Virus record (IMG/VR): IMGVR_UViG_2890388907_000005
Coordinates: 1-64,000 of that record
Reading direction: 5' to 3' (one strand)
Length of the DNA: 64,000 nucleotides
From: a virus
Taxonomy: Duplodnaviria; Caudoviricetes
Made by a program: the position numbers and the translations under genes. Position 1 is the stretch's first letter, and each line of letters begins with the position of its first letter. A model generated the notes under the pieces. The model ran no database searches. It was not told the origin of the DNA and saw nothing but the letters and a program-made list of their open reading frames with translations. Positions 9,058 to 17,012 of this stretch are shown in pieces.

Positions 9058-9953
9058 TCTGCGGCCACCGCCTCTTCCGCGGCTGCCGTCTCGTCCGCCG
9101 CCTCGGACCAGTTGTTGAGCGCGGCGCCAGAGTTCTGCGCGTGCCAGATTTCCCGCGCGAATTCGAAGAGGAACCGCTTGCGGGCCGCAGCTCCGGCCCG
9201 CGTCCAGGCATCCGACAGGTCGCGGAACTGCGTGTCGACGGGGTCCTTCACCGGGGCTTCAACGCCGGCTTCAACGCGCAGGCTCTTCCGCGCGGCGGCG
9301 GCGGACTTGGCATTGCCAGAGGCGAGACGCAGCACCACCGCGGACCGTTCCTCGGGGTCCGCGATCTTCGCCAGCGCCTTCAGGTCTTCCATCGTCACCC
9401 GGCCCGGCGCGCTGTCCAGTTGGGCAGCTTCTTCGGGCGTCAGCCGCTCGCCTGCCTGCAATGCGCGCTTAATCGTAGGTTCCGAAACCCCGAAGGCATC
9501 GGCGATGGTTCTGGTCAGGGTCAAATTGATCCCGACCAGATTCCCGGTGTGCTGGTTGCCCTTGAAGGTGCCCGGCGCGCGGTCGGGATGCATCGCGTAA
9601 TAGTCCCGTTTCCAGCTCGCGACGAAGACGGCCGTCTGCAGCGGCGTCATCCGCGCAACGCCCAGGTTGTTGCTCGCCTCCATGGCGCGGGCCTCGTCGG
9701 CCCTGCACTCCAGGACCAGGGCCGCGATATCTGCCAGCCCCAGCCGGCGCGACACCTCCAACCGATGCGCGCCGTCGATCAGCACGTAGCGGCCCTGCAC
9801 CTTTCGGACATGGATCGGCGTGGTGATGCCGGTGTCCTGCGCCATCAGCATCAGGTTCTCGATCGCTTGTTCCCGGACCTCGCGCAGTCGGCCTTCGACT
9901 GCGATCTGATCGAGAGGAAGCCGGATCACGTTGCCGCCGTTGAGGAATTTCAT
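9054..9953 (-). CDS. ParB N-terminal domain protein
   Basis: GITTPIHVR...LIDGAHRLE ParB-box motif followed by an HTH. Confidence 0.85.
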   Translation of the reverse strand: MKFLNGGNVIRLPLDQIAVEGRLREVREQAIENLMLMAQDTGITTPIHVRKVQGRYVLIDGAHRLEVSRRLGLADIAALVLECRADEARAMEASNNLGVARMTPLQTAVFVASWKRDYYAMHPDRAPGTFKGNQHTGNLVGINLTLTRTIADAFGVSEPTIKRALQAGERLTPEEAAQLDSAPGRVTMEDLKALAKIADPEERSAVVLRLASGNAKSAAAARKSLRVEAGVEAPVKDPVDTQFRDLSDAWTRAGAAARKRFLFEFAREIWHAQNSGAALNNWSEAADETAAAEEAVAAE

Positions 9954-10210
9954 GCGACGGCTCCCTTGATGGTGCGGATCGCCAAGCGGGCCTCGGTGAT
10001 CAGCGACGTCGCCTTGACCAAGACCTCATCAGCCGTGTCGGAAATGATCTCGAGCCGCGCGCTGTCCTTTTCGGACATAATCTGCTCAATGCTCGCGTCG
10101 TCGAGATGCGCCTCGGCGCAGAGGCGTTCGACCATCTTGAAAAGGGTCTGAAGATCCCAATCGATGCGGGCGAGGAGTTGATCGATCTGCAGCGGCTGGG
10201 GTTTAGTCAT
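9950..10210 (-). CDS. hypothetical protein
   Basis: ATG at 10210 overlaps the upstream stop; helical sequence. Confidence 0.6.
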   Translation of the reverse strand: MTKPQPLQIDQLLARIDWDLQTLFKMVERLCAEAHLDDASIEQIMSEKDSARLEIISDTADEVLVKATSLITEARLAIRTIKGAVA

Positions 10211-10437
10211 GTCGAGGTCGGCTCCTTCGTCATCCGGTAGTAAAATCGGCGGGCGCCGTTCACGATCTGCGCCTGGCAGTCGATCTCGGCGCCGTGCTGG
10301 CGCAGCTCCGCGATGCAGGCGTTCACCGCCATCACCCGCGCCCGCCGCACGATGTCGCGCGTCGTATGGGGCCGGCCGTCCTTCAGCAGGGTCAGCACCC
10401 GCTGCAGCCGGGGCGAGGCGAGCGGTGCCGCGTTCAT
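10207..10437 (-). CDS. small winged-HTH protein
   Basis: RVLTLLKDGRPHTTRDIV...VNACIAELRQHGAEI. Confidence 0.7.
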   Translation of the reverse strand: MNAAPLASPRLQRVLTLLKDGRPHTTRDIVRRARVMAVNACIAELRQHGAEIDCQAQIVNGARRFYYRMTKEPTST

Positions 10438-10748
10438 CTGAGGCCCGCACGTCCCGAGGAGTGCGCGGCCTTCCGCATCGCCGGCAGGCCGGGCGCCCGC
10501 TCGCCCCAGGCCACGGCCTCGCCCCGGCTGCAGATCGGGCAGAGCCGGTCGTGAATACCCTCGCTGGCGAAGACCCGGTCGCACTTGAGGCAGGGCCGGT
10601 CCTGTGGCGCCCGGGTGGTCGAGAGGCGGGCTGCAAAGGCCTCTGCCGTCTCCCGCCGGACGAAGACCGGGCTGACCCGCTCTCCGCCGCTCGTCACCGT
10701 CCAGCCGAGCGGCCGCTCGGTCACGCGGAACTGCTGCTGATCCGTCAT
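10434..10748 (-). CDS. zinc-ribbon hypothetical protein
   Basis: RPCLKCDRVFASEGIHDRLCPIC. Confidence 0.7.
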   Translation of the reverse strand: MTDQQQFRVTERPLGWTVTSGGERVSPVFVRRETAEAFAARLSTTRAPQDRPCLKCDRVFASEGIHDRLCPICSRGEAVAWGERAPGLPAMRKAAHSSGRAGLR

Positions 10749-10966
10749 CGATCCCTCCGGTTCAGGAAGTTGAGGAGCGCCGCCAGATCGCCGGTGGCGC
10801 GAAGCGCCTTCAGCTCGGCGAGGATGCCGTCGACGGCGCTCACATAGCCGTCGGTCGCCTGGTCCCGGGCCTCGCCGGGCTGCGTGGGATCGGACATCAG
10901 GTGATCCGCCGCGATGGCCTCGGTCACCAGCTGGTTGATGCGCGCAAGGCGCTTGGCGGGGCTCAT
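10745..10966 (-). CDS. hypothetical protein
   Basis: ATGA coupling on both sides. Confidence 0.55.
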   Translation of the reverse strand: MSPAKRLARINQLVTEAIAADHLMSDPTQPGEARDQATDGYVSAVDGILAELKALRATGDLAALLNFLNRRDR

Positions 10967-11190
10967 TGCAGCACCCCCGCGGCCACGACGAGCGCGATGC
11001 CGGTCAGCCCGAGGCAGAAGGCCCCGAGCAGATCGCCGATCCAGCATTCCTCGATCCGGGCGTTGAGCCGGACGAGCCAGCGCCAGCCGGCGCGCAGGAC
11101 CTTGCGCCGGCTGGCCGGCTCACGCGCCGCATGCCGAGTGGTGGCAGCCTGCTCGTCGGCGCGGAGAGCGGGTTTCGCGAGGAACATCAT
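10963..11190 (-). CDS. small membrane protein
   Basis: GGAGG SD; C-terminal TM segment. Confidence 0.6.
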   Translation of the reverse strand: MMFLAKPALRADEQAATTRHAAREPASRRKVLRAGWRWLVRLNARIEECWIGDLLGAFCLGLTGIALVVAAGVLQ

Positions 11191-11310
11191 GCGAACCTCC
11201 CGGCTATGCCGAGCGGGTTCCGCATGCTAAACTGGCGGCTCCAAGGGGTGTTCACAGCGCCCCTCGGAGCCTTCATCCCTGAATGACCACAACATCCAAG
11301 GACGATACGA

Positions 11311-11571
11311 TTGCCGAACAACGGAGACTTCACACGCGACCTCCAGGCACTGGAGGCGCGCTTGACGCAGAAGATCATGGCCGAAACCAGCAAGGTGAAC
11401 GTCGGCCTGATCAGGTACATCGGCGCGCGGTCTTGCGTGATCAAGGCGATGCTCGACGAACTGGACGACGCGCAGGTCGAGCGCATCAAGGCGCGTTCGG
11501 AAGCGATCGCAGGCAATGAGGAGGTCAAGGGATACGTGCGGGAGTTCTTCAGGCCATCGGACGAAGGCTGA
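11311..11571 (+). CDS. hypothetical protein opposed to the early operon
   Basis: 86 aa helical ORF filling the gap between minus-strand genes; start uncertain. Confidence 0.55.
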   Translation: MPNNGDFTRDLQALEARLTQKIMAETSKVNVGLIRYIGARSCVIKAMLDELDDAQVERIKARSEAIAGNEEVKGYVREFFRPSDEG

Positions 11572-11605
11572 CCCCTGTCCGCGGGAAAGCTGGCGCGTGC
11601 GAGGG

Positions 11606-11959
11606 TCATTTGCGGCCTCGCACCGCTGGTCCCGAGATAGTGGCTGCCAGAAGAACCAATTCGCCGACAAATGCATTGCCATCTTCCGGCAGTCGCCAGA
11701 CGCCACGGTCCTGGCACTCTTTCAGCCATGCCAGCACTTCGCGCCACGGATTGGCGGCGAAGTAGATCCGGCATTCGAGATTGAACTTCTCCTCGGCAGT
11801 CATGAACCTGCTGTGCAGCTCCGGCTCGGGCGGTGCGACTGCCTCGACATCGATGGGGCTCACGTGGAGCTCCGGGCAGATGAACAGCGCCACGCTGCGG
11901 CGCAGGCGGGGAAGAAGGACGCGGCCTGAGGCAACGAAGGTCGAGGTATCCGCGGTCAT
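11606..11959 (-). CDS. hypothetical protein
   Basis: Coupled to the upstream gene and shares RLRRSVALFICPEL with it. Confidence 0.55.
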   Translation of the reverse strand: MTADTSTFVASGRVLLPRLRRSVALFICPELHVSPIDVEAVAPPEPELHSRFMTAEEKFNLECRIYFAANPWREVLAWLKECQDRGVWRLPEDGNAFVGELVLLAATISGPAVRGRK

Positions 11960-12450
11960 TGCGCACCCCGCCCGAACAGCAGCCAGTCTGCGCTGACGCC
12001 GAACCGCTCCGTCAGTGCCCGAAGGAAGTTGCGCGACGGCTCGCTCCGCCCGGCCTCTATGTTGCCGATATATCCTTGGCTGACGCCGAGTGCCGTGGCC
12101 AAGGCCCGCTGTGACAGCTCCCGCGATCTCCTGAAGGCGCGCAGGCGATCGGCGGTCGTTTCCCCATCCGGTGTTTCGGCCTTCGATCGCAGTTCCGCGG
12201 AGGGCATCTGTCCGTCCGTCACCTCGGCCTTCAGCCGTTCCGCGGAGGGCACCTGTCCCTCGGGAAACGCAGCCTCGACCGCGCGACGCAGACTGGCAAA
12301 CGCATTGCGCGTGCCGGCAGTCTCGGCAGCTACCCCGCTGCGCAGCAGCGCCCCACCCGGACCAAAATACGGATCCAGATAGGAGCTGGGTGCCAGCTCC
12401 GGGCAGATGAACAGCGCCACACTGCGACGCAGGCGGGACAGGCGCATCAT
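11956..12450 (-). CDS. XRE-family HTH regulator
   Basis: RLRAFRRSRELSQRALATALGVSQGYIGNIEAGRSEPS...FGVSADWLLFG. Confidence 0.85.
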   Translation of the reverse strand: MMRLSRLRRSVALFICPELAPSSYLDPYFGPGGALLRSGVAAETAGTRNAFASLRRAVEAAFPEGQVPSAERLKAEVTDGQMPSAELRSKAETPDGETTADRLRAFRRSRELSQRALATALGVSQGYIGNIEAGRSEPSRNFLRALTERFGVSADWLLFGRGAQ

Positions 12451-12695
12451 GCGGCCTTCTCCTTGGTTTTCTGAGGACGGGGGATGTCGCGCGGCCAGTC
12501 CAAGTCGGCGGGCCAGTGGTCCGAGAACCATTGCATCAGGCGCGCGGCGGTCGCCGTACGGCAGTCGCCACCCTCCTTCAGGCCCTTGAAGAAGTCTCCC
12601 TTGCCGAAGGCGCGCATCGAGATGGCGAAATGCGTCACGCCATCATGCTGGGCGAGCGTGTCGGCGAGGAGAATAAAGGTGGTTCTCTGATCCAT
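12447..12695 (-). CDS. Ner/Cro-like early regulator
   Basis: First gene divergent from the repressor; ends WFSDHWPADLDWP. Confidence 0.7.
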   Translation of the reverse strand: MDQRTTFILLADTLAQHDGVTHFAISMRAFGKGDFFKGLKEGGDCRTATAARLMQWFSDHWPADLDWPRDIPRPQKTKEKAA

Positions 12696-12705
12696 GCACA
12701 ATTCA

Positions 12706-12776
12706 TAGCCAATTTGAGCCATCAAGATCAAGCCCAATGTGGCTAACTATTGTCGAGTTAGCCAGAATCGGCTAAC
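12706..12776. promoter_or_regulatory. repressor operators in the divergent switch region
   Basis: Perfect GTTAGCC-N6-GGCTAAC (12757-12776), AGCC-N6-GGCT (12731-12744), degenerate TAGCC-N6-AGCCA (12706-12721). Confidence 0.7.
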
Positions 12777-12785
12777 CGTGCGTCG

Positions 12786-13472
12786 ATGGATGAGGTTCTG
12801 GCAGCCATAGATGCCGCACTGGCGGAGAAGGGGCTCTCCGACGCGGCGGCGTCGAAGCTGGCCGTTGGCAACTACTCCCTGATCAAAAACATGCGGTTAG
12901 CCCGGGCTAAAAACCCTGAAGACCGGCGGTACAACTACTTCGCCTTGGCCCGCTTGGCGGAGGTGCTGGACCTTGAATGCTACTTTGGTCCTCGTCGACC
13001 AGATGAGCCGGTTCAGGCGGCATCACAGACCGAGTTCGCGTTGGTTCCACTGCATCGGGCATCTCTTGCCGCAGGCGCCGGAAGCGAGAACGAATCCGAG
13101 CGGGTGATCGCCCATCTCGCGTTCCGTAAGGACTGGCTCAGGCAGCTCCATGTTTCACCTGCCAATGCCGTAATTGCACGGACAGCCGGCGACAGCATGG
13201 CGCCGACGATCCACGATCAGGACATGCTGTTAGTTGATCGGGCCCGGGCTCAGCCACCGATTAAAGTGCGAGATCCGCAGGACAAGCGGCCGGCGCCAAT
13301 CTATGCCCTCCTCGACGACGGCGCCGCGCGCGTGAAGCGCATCGAGCTTGCCTCGCCGGGAAACCTAGCACTTCTATCAGACAATCCAAGTTATCCGCCC
13401 GAGTTCAGACCAACCCGATCGGTTTCGATCATCGGTCGGGTGGTTTGGTGGGGGCACACGAATCGGGAGTGA
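12786..13472 (+). CDS. CI-like repressor with peptidase S24 domain
   Basis: AAGAG cleavage site, GDSMAPTI, VKRI, LLSDNPSYPP, IIGRVVW. Confidence 0.92.
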   Translation: MDEVLAAIDAALAEKGLSDAAASKLAVGNYSLIKNMRLARAKNPEDRRYNYFALARLAEVLDLECYFGPRRPDEPVQAASQTEFALVPLHRASLAAGAGSENESERVIAHLAFRKDWLRQLHVSPANAVIARTAGDSMAPTIHDQDMLLVDRARAQPPIKVRDPQDKRPAPIYALLDDGAARVKRIELASPGNLALLSDNPSYPPEFRPTRSVSIIGRVVWWGHTNRE

Positions 13473-13478
13473 ATTTCT

Positions 13479-13892
13479 ATGACTTTTAGGCACTTAGCGT
13501 GGGTTACCGTTTTGTTGGTTGGCTGCACCTCGTCCGACGACTTTGAGACCAAGCCGTTTGACCGCGAGGTGGTGGTGAGCGAGAACTACCAGCAGGTGTT
13601 TTCGCGGATGAACCGCACCTACTGGCGATGCCAGGGAGAAGGGGGCGGCATTCAGGTCAACAGCCAACTTTATCCTGACCTCGGATATGGCGAAATCGTG
13701 CAGTACGCCTCAATGATCGTCCAGGCGCCGCAGGTGCTTATCCGGGTCGAGAAGGTGCCCCAAGGTGCGCGGGTTCGGATTAAGCTCGCAAACATTGGTG
13801 CTCAGGGCTTCATGGCAGACGGATTTGCCCGTTGGGCGGAGGGTGACACCCGCTGTGCTCCTTGGCGGCAGCCGTCTTCGAGCGACACCTGA
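13479..13892 (+). CDS. putative lipoprotein (moron)
   Basis: Signal peptide with lipobox LVGC; starts 6 nt after the repressor stop. Confidence 0.7.
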   Translation: MTFRHLAWVTVLLVGCTSSDDFETKPFDREVVVSENYQQVFSRMNRTYWRCQGEGGGIQVNSQLYPDLGYGEIVQYASMIVQAPQVLIRVEKVPQGARVRIKLANIGAQGFMADGFARWAEGDTRCAPWRQPSSSDT

Positions 13893-14191
13893 CAGTCACC
13901 CGCTTGCGGAACCGCTTCGCGGCAGGTTTCCGGCTCATCATGATAAGGGCGTAGAGACAGTCCTCCGTGACGGCCGTCATGGTCTGCTGCCGGCCAAGGG
14001 TGTCCACTAGACGGGACACCCTTTCGTCGCCATCAGCGGATAGAGGCCGCTTCGGAGACCAGTGCGGCGTGCGGATTTCCGCGATTTTCGCCTCGAATAC
14101 CGTCGGCATTGCCGACACGCCTCGGGGGAATACCGTAACTGAAGTTTAGGGTATTCGGGTTGAGGATCTGTCGCTCGTCATCGTCCAGGCT
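13890..14191 (-). pseudogene. degraded Bro-N domain gene
   Basis: SLDDDER...RGNPHAALVSEA in one frame and VTEDCLYALIMMSRKPAAKRFRKRVT in another; no valid start. Confidence 0.65.
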
Positions 14192-14350
14192 CTCGACGAG
14201 CTGCGGCGCGAGGCCCACGCACTCGGTGCCGACGCCGTCGTGGGCGTGGACCTCGACTATTCCGAGATCTCCGGGGGCGGGAAGAGCATGCTGTTCCTGG
14301 TCGCCAGCGGCACGGCGGTGACCCTCCACGATGGCAAGACGCCCGCCTAG
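14192..14350 (+). pseudogene. 3' fragment of a YbjQ/UPF0145 family gene
   Basis: [43 protein letters not shown]; 5' half absent. Confidence 0.75.
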
Positions 14351-14364
14351 AGCCCCAAAACCAG

Positions 14365-14479
14365 TTGCATGTTCGCTGCCGCCGCCGCCGCCCCGGATAC
14401 GGGTCGAAGTCGCGTCAATTCAATGCCTTGCACGGAACATGCAAATCCCAGACGAACATGCGGCCCCATTTGCATGTTC
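14365..14479. repeat. GAACATGC(AA) repeat cluster
   Basis: Inverted copies at 14365-14374 and 14470-14479; direct copies at 14435-14444 and 14454-14461. Confidence 0.75.
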
Positions 14480-14639
14480 CGCCAGTCCGCCGACGGCACC
14501 CGAGTAGCGCTGAAGGGCCGTTCAAGCCTTGTTTTACTGGCGTTTAACCGCACCTTCATGGCCGGCGCCAGCGAGCCTCCACATGCCCTGGTCAAGCGTC
14601 AGAGCGGCCGGTCTGCGCCTCACTGCAAGACATGGCGCC

Positions 14640-14756
14640 CCGGCTTCCCTTGATGCCCAAACTCCCCGCAAGCCCCTGATTTTCAGGCGTCATTCGGTTT
14701 CTTCCGGCTTCATCGGGGTTCTTCCGGCTTCCTGCAAATCTCTCTGTCACACAACA
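14640..14756 (-). repeat. Mu-like left end with putative transposase sites and IHF site
   Basis: TTCTTCCGGCTTC at 14699-14711 and 14719-14731, CCGGCTTCC at 14640-14648, IHF consensus match AATCAGGGGCTTG (14681-14669), terminal CA at 14755-14756. Confidence 0.75.
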
Positions 14757-14852
14757 GCTGTAGCGGCGCCCGGAGATGTCGTCGGCCAGCATCGCGAAGT
14801 AATCCGCGACGGTCAGGTCGTTCTCTTCATCCGTCCAGGGCCCGTTCGACAT
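14757..14852 (-). pseudogene. 5' stub of a putative DUF3883/endonuclease gene interrupted by the Mu-like phage
   Basis: MSNGPWTDEENDLTVADYFAMLADDISGRRYS runs directly into the phage TG end; upstream ATGACA-N17-TAGCCT promoter-like site. Family recalled from the N-terminus only. Confidence 0.65.
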
Positions 14853-15197
14853 TGCGCCAGGCTATGGGCGCGAAGTCTGTTTGTCATCAGAGACTTCCGG
14901 CAGTGAATTCGCTGCTGTGGCTGGCCCCATGCACCAGCGCCAAGGCATGCTGATCGGCCGCCACGGAGCCGTCCTTCTGACCGCCCTGCGCCTTCGTGTC
15001 CGTCTCCGTCAGCGGATTATCTCACGAACAGGACGAACCCATGAACCCAGCAACCCATTGGAATTTCGAGGATGTTTCGCGCCGTCCCGTCGCCGTCGAG
15101 GGGCGTTCAAAGAGAGACGCAGGCCATTCGGAGACCCGTTCTGCGGCAAGCGCTCAGTCTCCGAAGGGCGGATGGCGCAGCCAACACCCTTTGAAAC

Positions 15198-15224
15198 AAA
15201 AGAAAAAAGGCCCCAATCGGGGCC
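15198..15224 (-). terminator. rho-independent terminator
   Basis: GGCCCC-gatt-GGGGCC hairpin followed by a U-rich tract on the minus strand, just downstream of the tRNA 3' fragment. Confidence 0.7.
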
Positions 15225-15249
15225 CTTGGACGGATTCTGTATCTGAATG

Positions 15250-15263
15250 TGGCGGACAGAGAG
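15250..15263 (-). other. att core: tRNA(Ser)-like 3' end
   Basis: Minus strand CTCTCTGTCCGCCA; no complete tRNA here; followed by GTGCAGCA direct repeats (15328, 15340) and a near-IHF site. Confidence 0.7.
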
Positions 15264-15350
15264 TGCGCCATCACATCGACAGATGTAAGACAAAACAATG
15301 GGTTGATGCCCCAACGCGCCGCAATCGGTGCAGCAGACCGTGCAGCAAAT

Positions 15351-15575
15351 ATGGACGAGGCGAGACCGCCTCTGCGGGCCATCGCACCCCATGGTTCCCC
15401 CTATGACAGGGGCGACGCCGACGCCTATTACGGCCGCCGATTCCGCCCGCACAAATGGCTGGATGACATGGGCGTCGAGGAGGCCACCGATCTGTCCGTT
15501 GAGGAGATCGAGGCCTATACCGCCGGCTTCGACGACAACCCCAGCGGCCGGAAGCCTTGGGGGGACGCGGATTGA
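15351..15575 (+). CDS. hypothetical phage protein
   Basis: HGSPYDRGDADAYYGR..PH...EIEAYTAGF motif. Confidence 0.7.
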   Translation: MDEARPPLRAIAPHGSPYDRGDADAYYGRRFRPHKWLDDMGVEEATDLSVEEIEAYTAGFDDNPSGRKPWGDAD

Positions 15576-15727
15576 TGGACCGTTCCGAACCCCCTGGCCA
15601 CATCGAAGATCCTGACCACACCCCCGACGCCGATTGGGAGGCCTATCGCTGGACCCGGTTCGACCTCGCCATGACGATCGGTTCCTGCCTCGCCGCGCTG
15701 GCGCTGATGTGCTGGGTGGGTCGATGA
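15575..15727 (+). CDS. small membrane protein (50 aa; not in ORF track)
   Basis: TGATG coupling; C-terminal hydrophobic helix. Confidence 0.5.
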   Translation: MDRSEPPGHIEDPDHTPDADWEAYRWTRFDLAMTIGSCLAALALMCWVGR

Positions 15728-15728
15728 C

Positions 15729-17012
15729 ATGGTGCTGGCTCCCCGAAACTGCCTCTCCCTCTGTGCAGGCGGCGGCGGACTTGACATGGGTCTTGGCCTT
15801 GCCGAGCCGGGCGCTGCCACCGCCTGCTTTGTCGAGATCGACGACTATCCGCGCCAATCCCTTATCGCCGCCCAGCGCGCCGGCTACCTCCATCCCGCCC
15901 CGATCTGGGACGATCTCAAGCTGTTCAGCGGACGGCCATGGCGAGGCCACATCGACACCCTGCTCGCCGGCTATCCCTGCCAGCCGTTTTCCCACGCGGG
16001 ACAGCGTCGGGGCGCCGACGATCCGCGACACCTCTGGCCCCACATCGCCCGCATCATCGACGAGCTTGGCCCCGGCCTCCGCTGGGTCTTCCTCGAAAAC
16101 GTCGCCGGCCACATCAGCCTTGGCGGTGAAACCGTGCTGCGAGAGGTTCGAGACCTGGGCTTCGCGGTTGCGGCTGGCCTCTTCACGTCGGCTGAAACAG
16201 GCGCGGCGCATGAGCGCCCTCGCCTCTTCATCGTGGCCTACCGCGCTGGCGTCCGATCAGGACATTCACGGGACGGCGACGGCGAGCGAACTTGCGAGAC
16301 GCAGCCCCGGCCTGAGCGCAATAGCAGGTTCGTGGCAGACCCCGCGGGTATCGGTCGGCCCCTATACACGGGACCACGGCAACCCGGAGGCGGAGCGCCT
16401 GACGTTGCAGGGGCAGGCGATCCAGTGGGCGACGCCGGCGGCGGGCCTGATGAATTACGACGAGCCCCCGGAGACCTTCGCGGCCCGAGGTCAGGCACTG
16501 ATGCAGCGCGGATTGCCGCGGCAGGGCATCAATCTCGGACAGCAGGCGCAGACATGGCCGACGCCGGCGGCCCGGGACTGGAAGGGCGAGAATGGTGCCG
16601 ACCACCTGACGAACGGGACCGGCCGGCTGCATCTGGACCAGCTGCCCAACTTCGTCGCCCACTGCTTCACGCCCCCGGTCCAGCGGAAATGGAGATCTGG
16701 CGTCGCACCCTCGATCTGGCGCCCGATCTCGCGCCAGCTCTTTCGCTGGGCGATGTCGTCGGTGTCGCCGACGTTGCGGCGCAGATGGTTGCGGCTGGCC
16801 GCATGGAGGCGGCGGCGGCTGAACGCCTGGTTCGTCGAATGGCTGATGGGATGGCCGCCCGGTCACGCGCTCTGCGCCTGCTCGGCAACGGAGTTCACCC
16901 GCTGGCAGCAGGATATGCGTGGCGCACTCTCGCGGCTGCCCACGGCCTCCGGCCCGTGGATCTGGGAGCCGCCGGTGGAGCGGGTCGCCCCGGTCCAGAT
17001 GACCCTTTTTGA
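15729..17012 (+). CDS. DNA (cytosine-5) methyltransferase, catalytic polypeptide
   Basis: Motif I SLCAGGGGLD, IV AGYPCQPFS, VI FLENV, VIII HERPRLF, X LLGNGVHP. Confidence 0.9.
   Translation: MVLAPRNCLSLCAGGGGLDMGLGLAEPGAATACFVEIDDYPRQSLIAAQRAGYLHPAPIWDDLKLFSGRPWRGHIDTLLAGYPCQPFSHAGQRRGADDPRHLWPHIARIIDELGPGLRWVFLENVAGHISLGGETVLREVRDLGFAVAAGLFTSAETGAAHERPRLFIVAYRAGVRSGHSRDGDGERTCETQPRPERNSRFVADPAGIGRPLYTGPRQPGGGAPDVAGAGDPVGDAGGGPDELRRAPGDLRGPRSGTDAARIAAAGHQSRTAGADMADAGGPGLEGREWCRPPDERDRPAASGPAAQLRRPLLHAPGPAEMEIWRRTLDLAPDLAPALSLGDVVGVADVAAQMVAAGRMEAAAAERLVRRMADGMAARSRALRLLGNGVHPLAAGYAWRTLAAAHGLRPVDLGAAGGAGRPGPDDPF

Larger units (their letters stand above)
1..14756 (-). mobile_element. Mu-like transposable prophage, left arm (continues beyond window start)
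   Basis: Gene order repressor, Ner-like, MuA, MuB, DUF3164, GemA, Mor-like, endolysin. The minus strand begins TGTTGTGTGACAG at 14756, where an unrelated ORF is interrupted. Confidence 0.93.

Noticed and set aside
14890-14915. Possible contig join or virion-end host DNA near GAATTC
   Set aside because: Sequence runs coherently through promoter, terminator and att core. No positive sign of a chimera, though read mapping would be needed to exclude it.
15250-15263. Possible tRNA gene
   Set aside because: Only 14 nt of the 3' end; no T-loop or anticodon arm adjacent, so treated as an att core.
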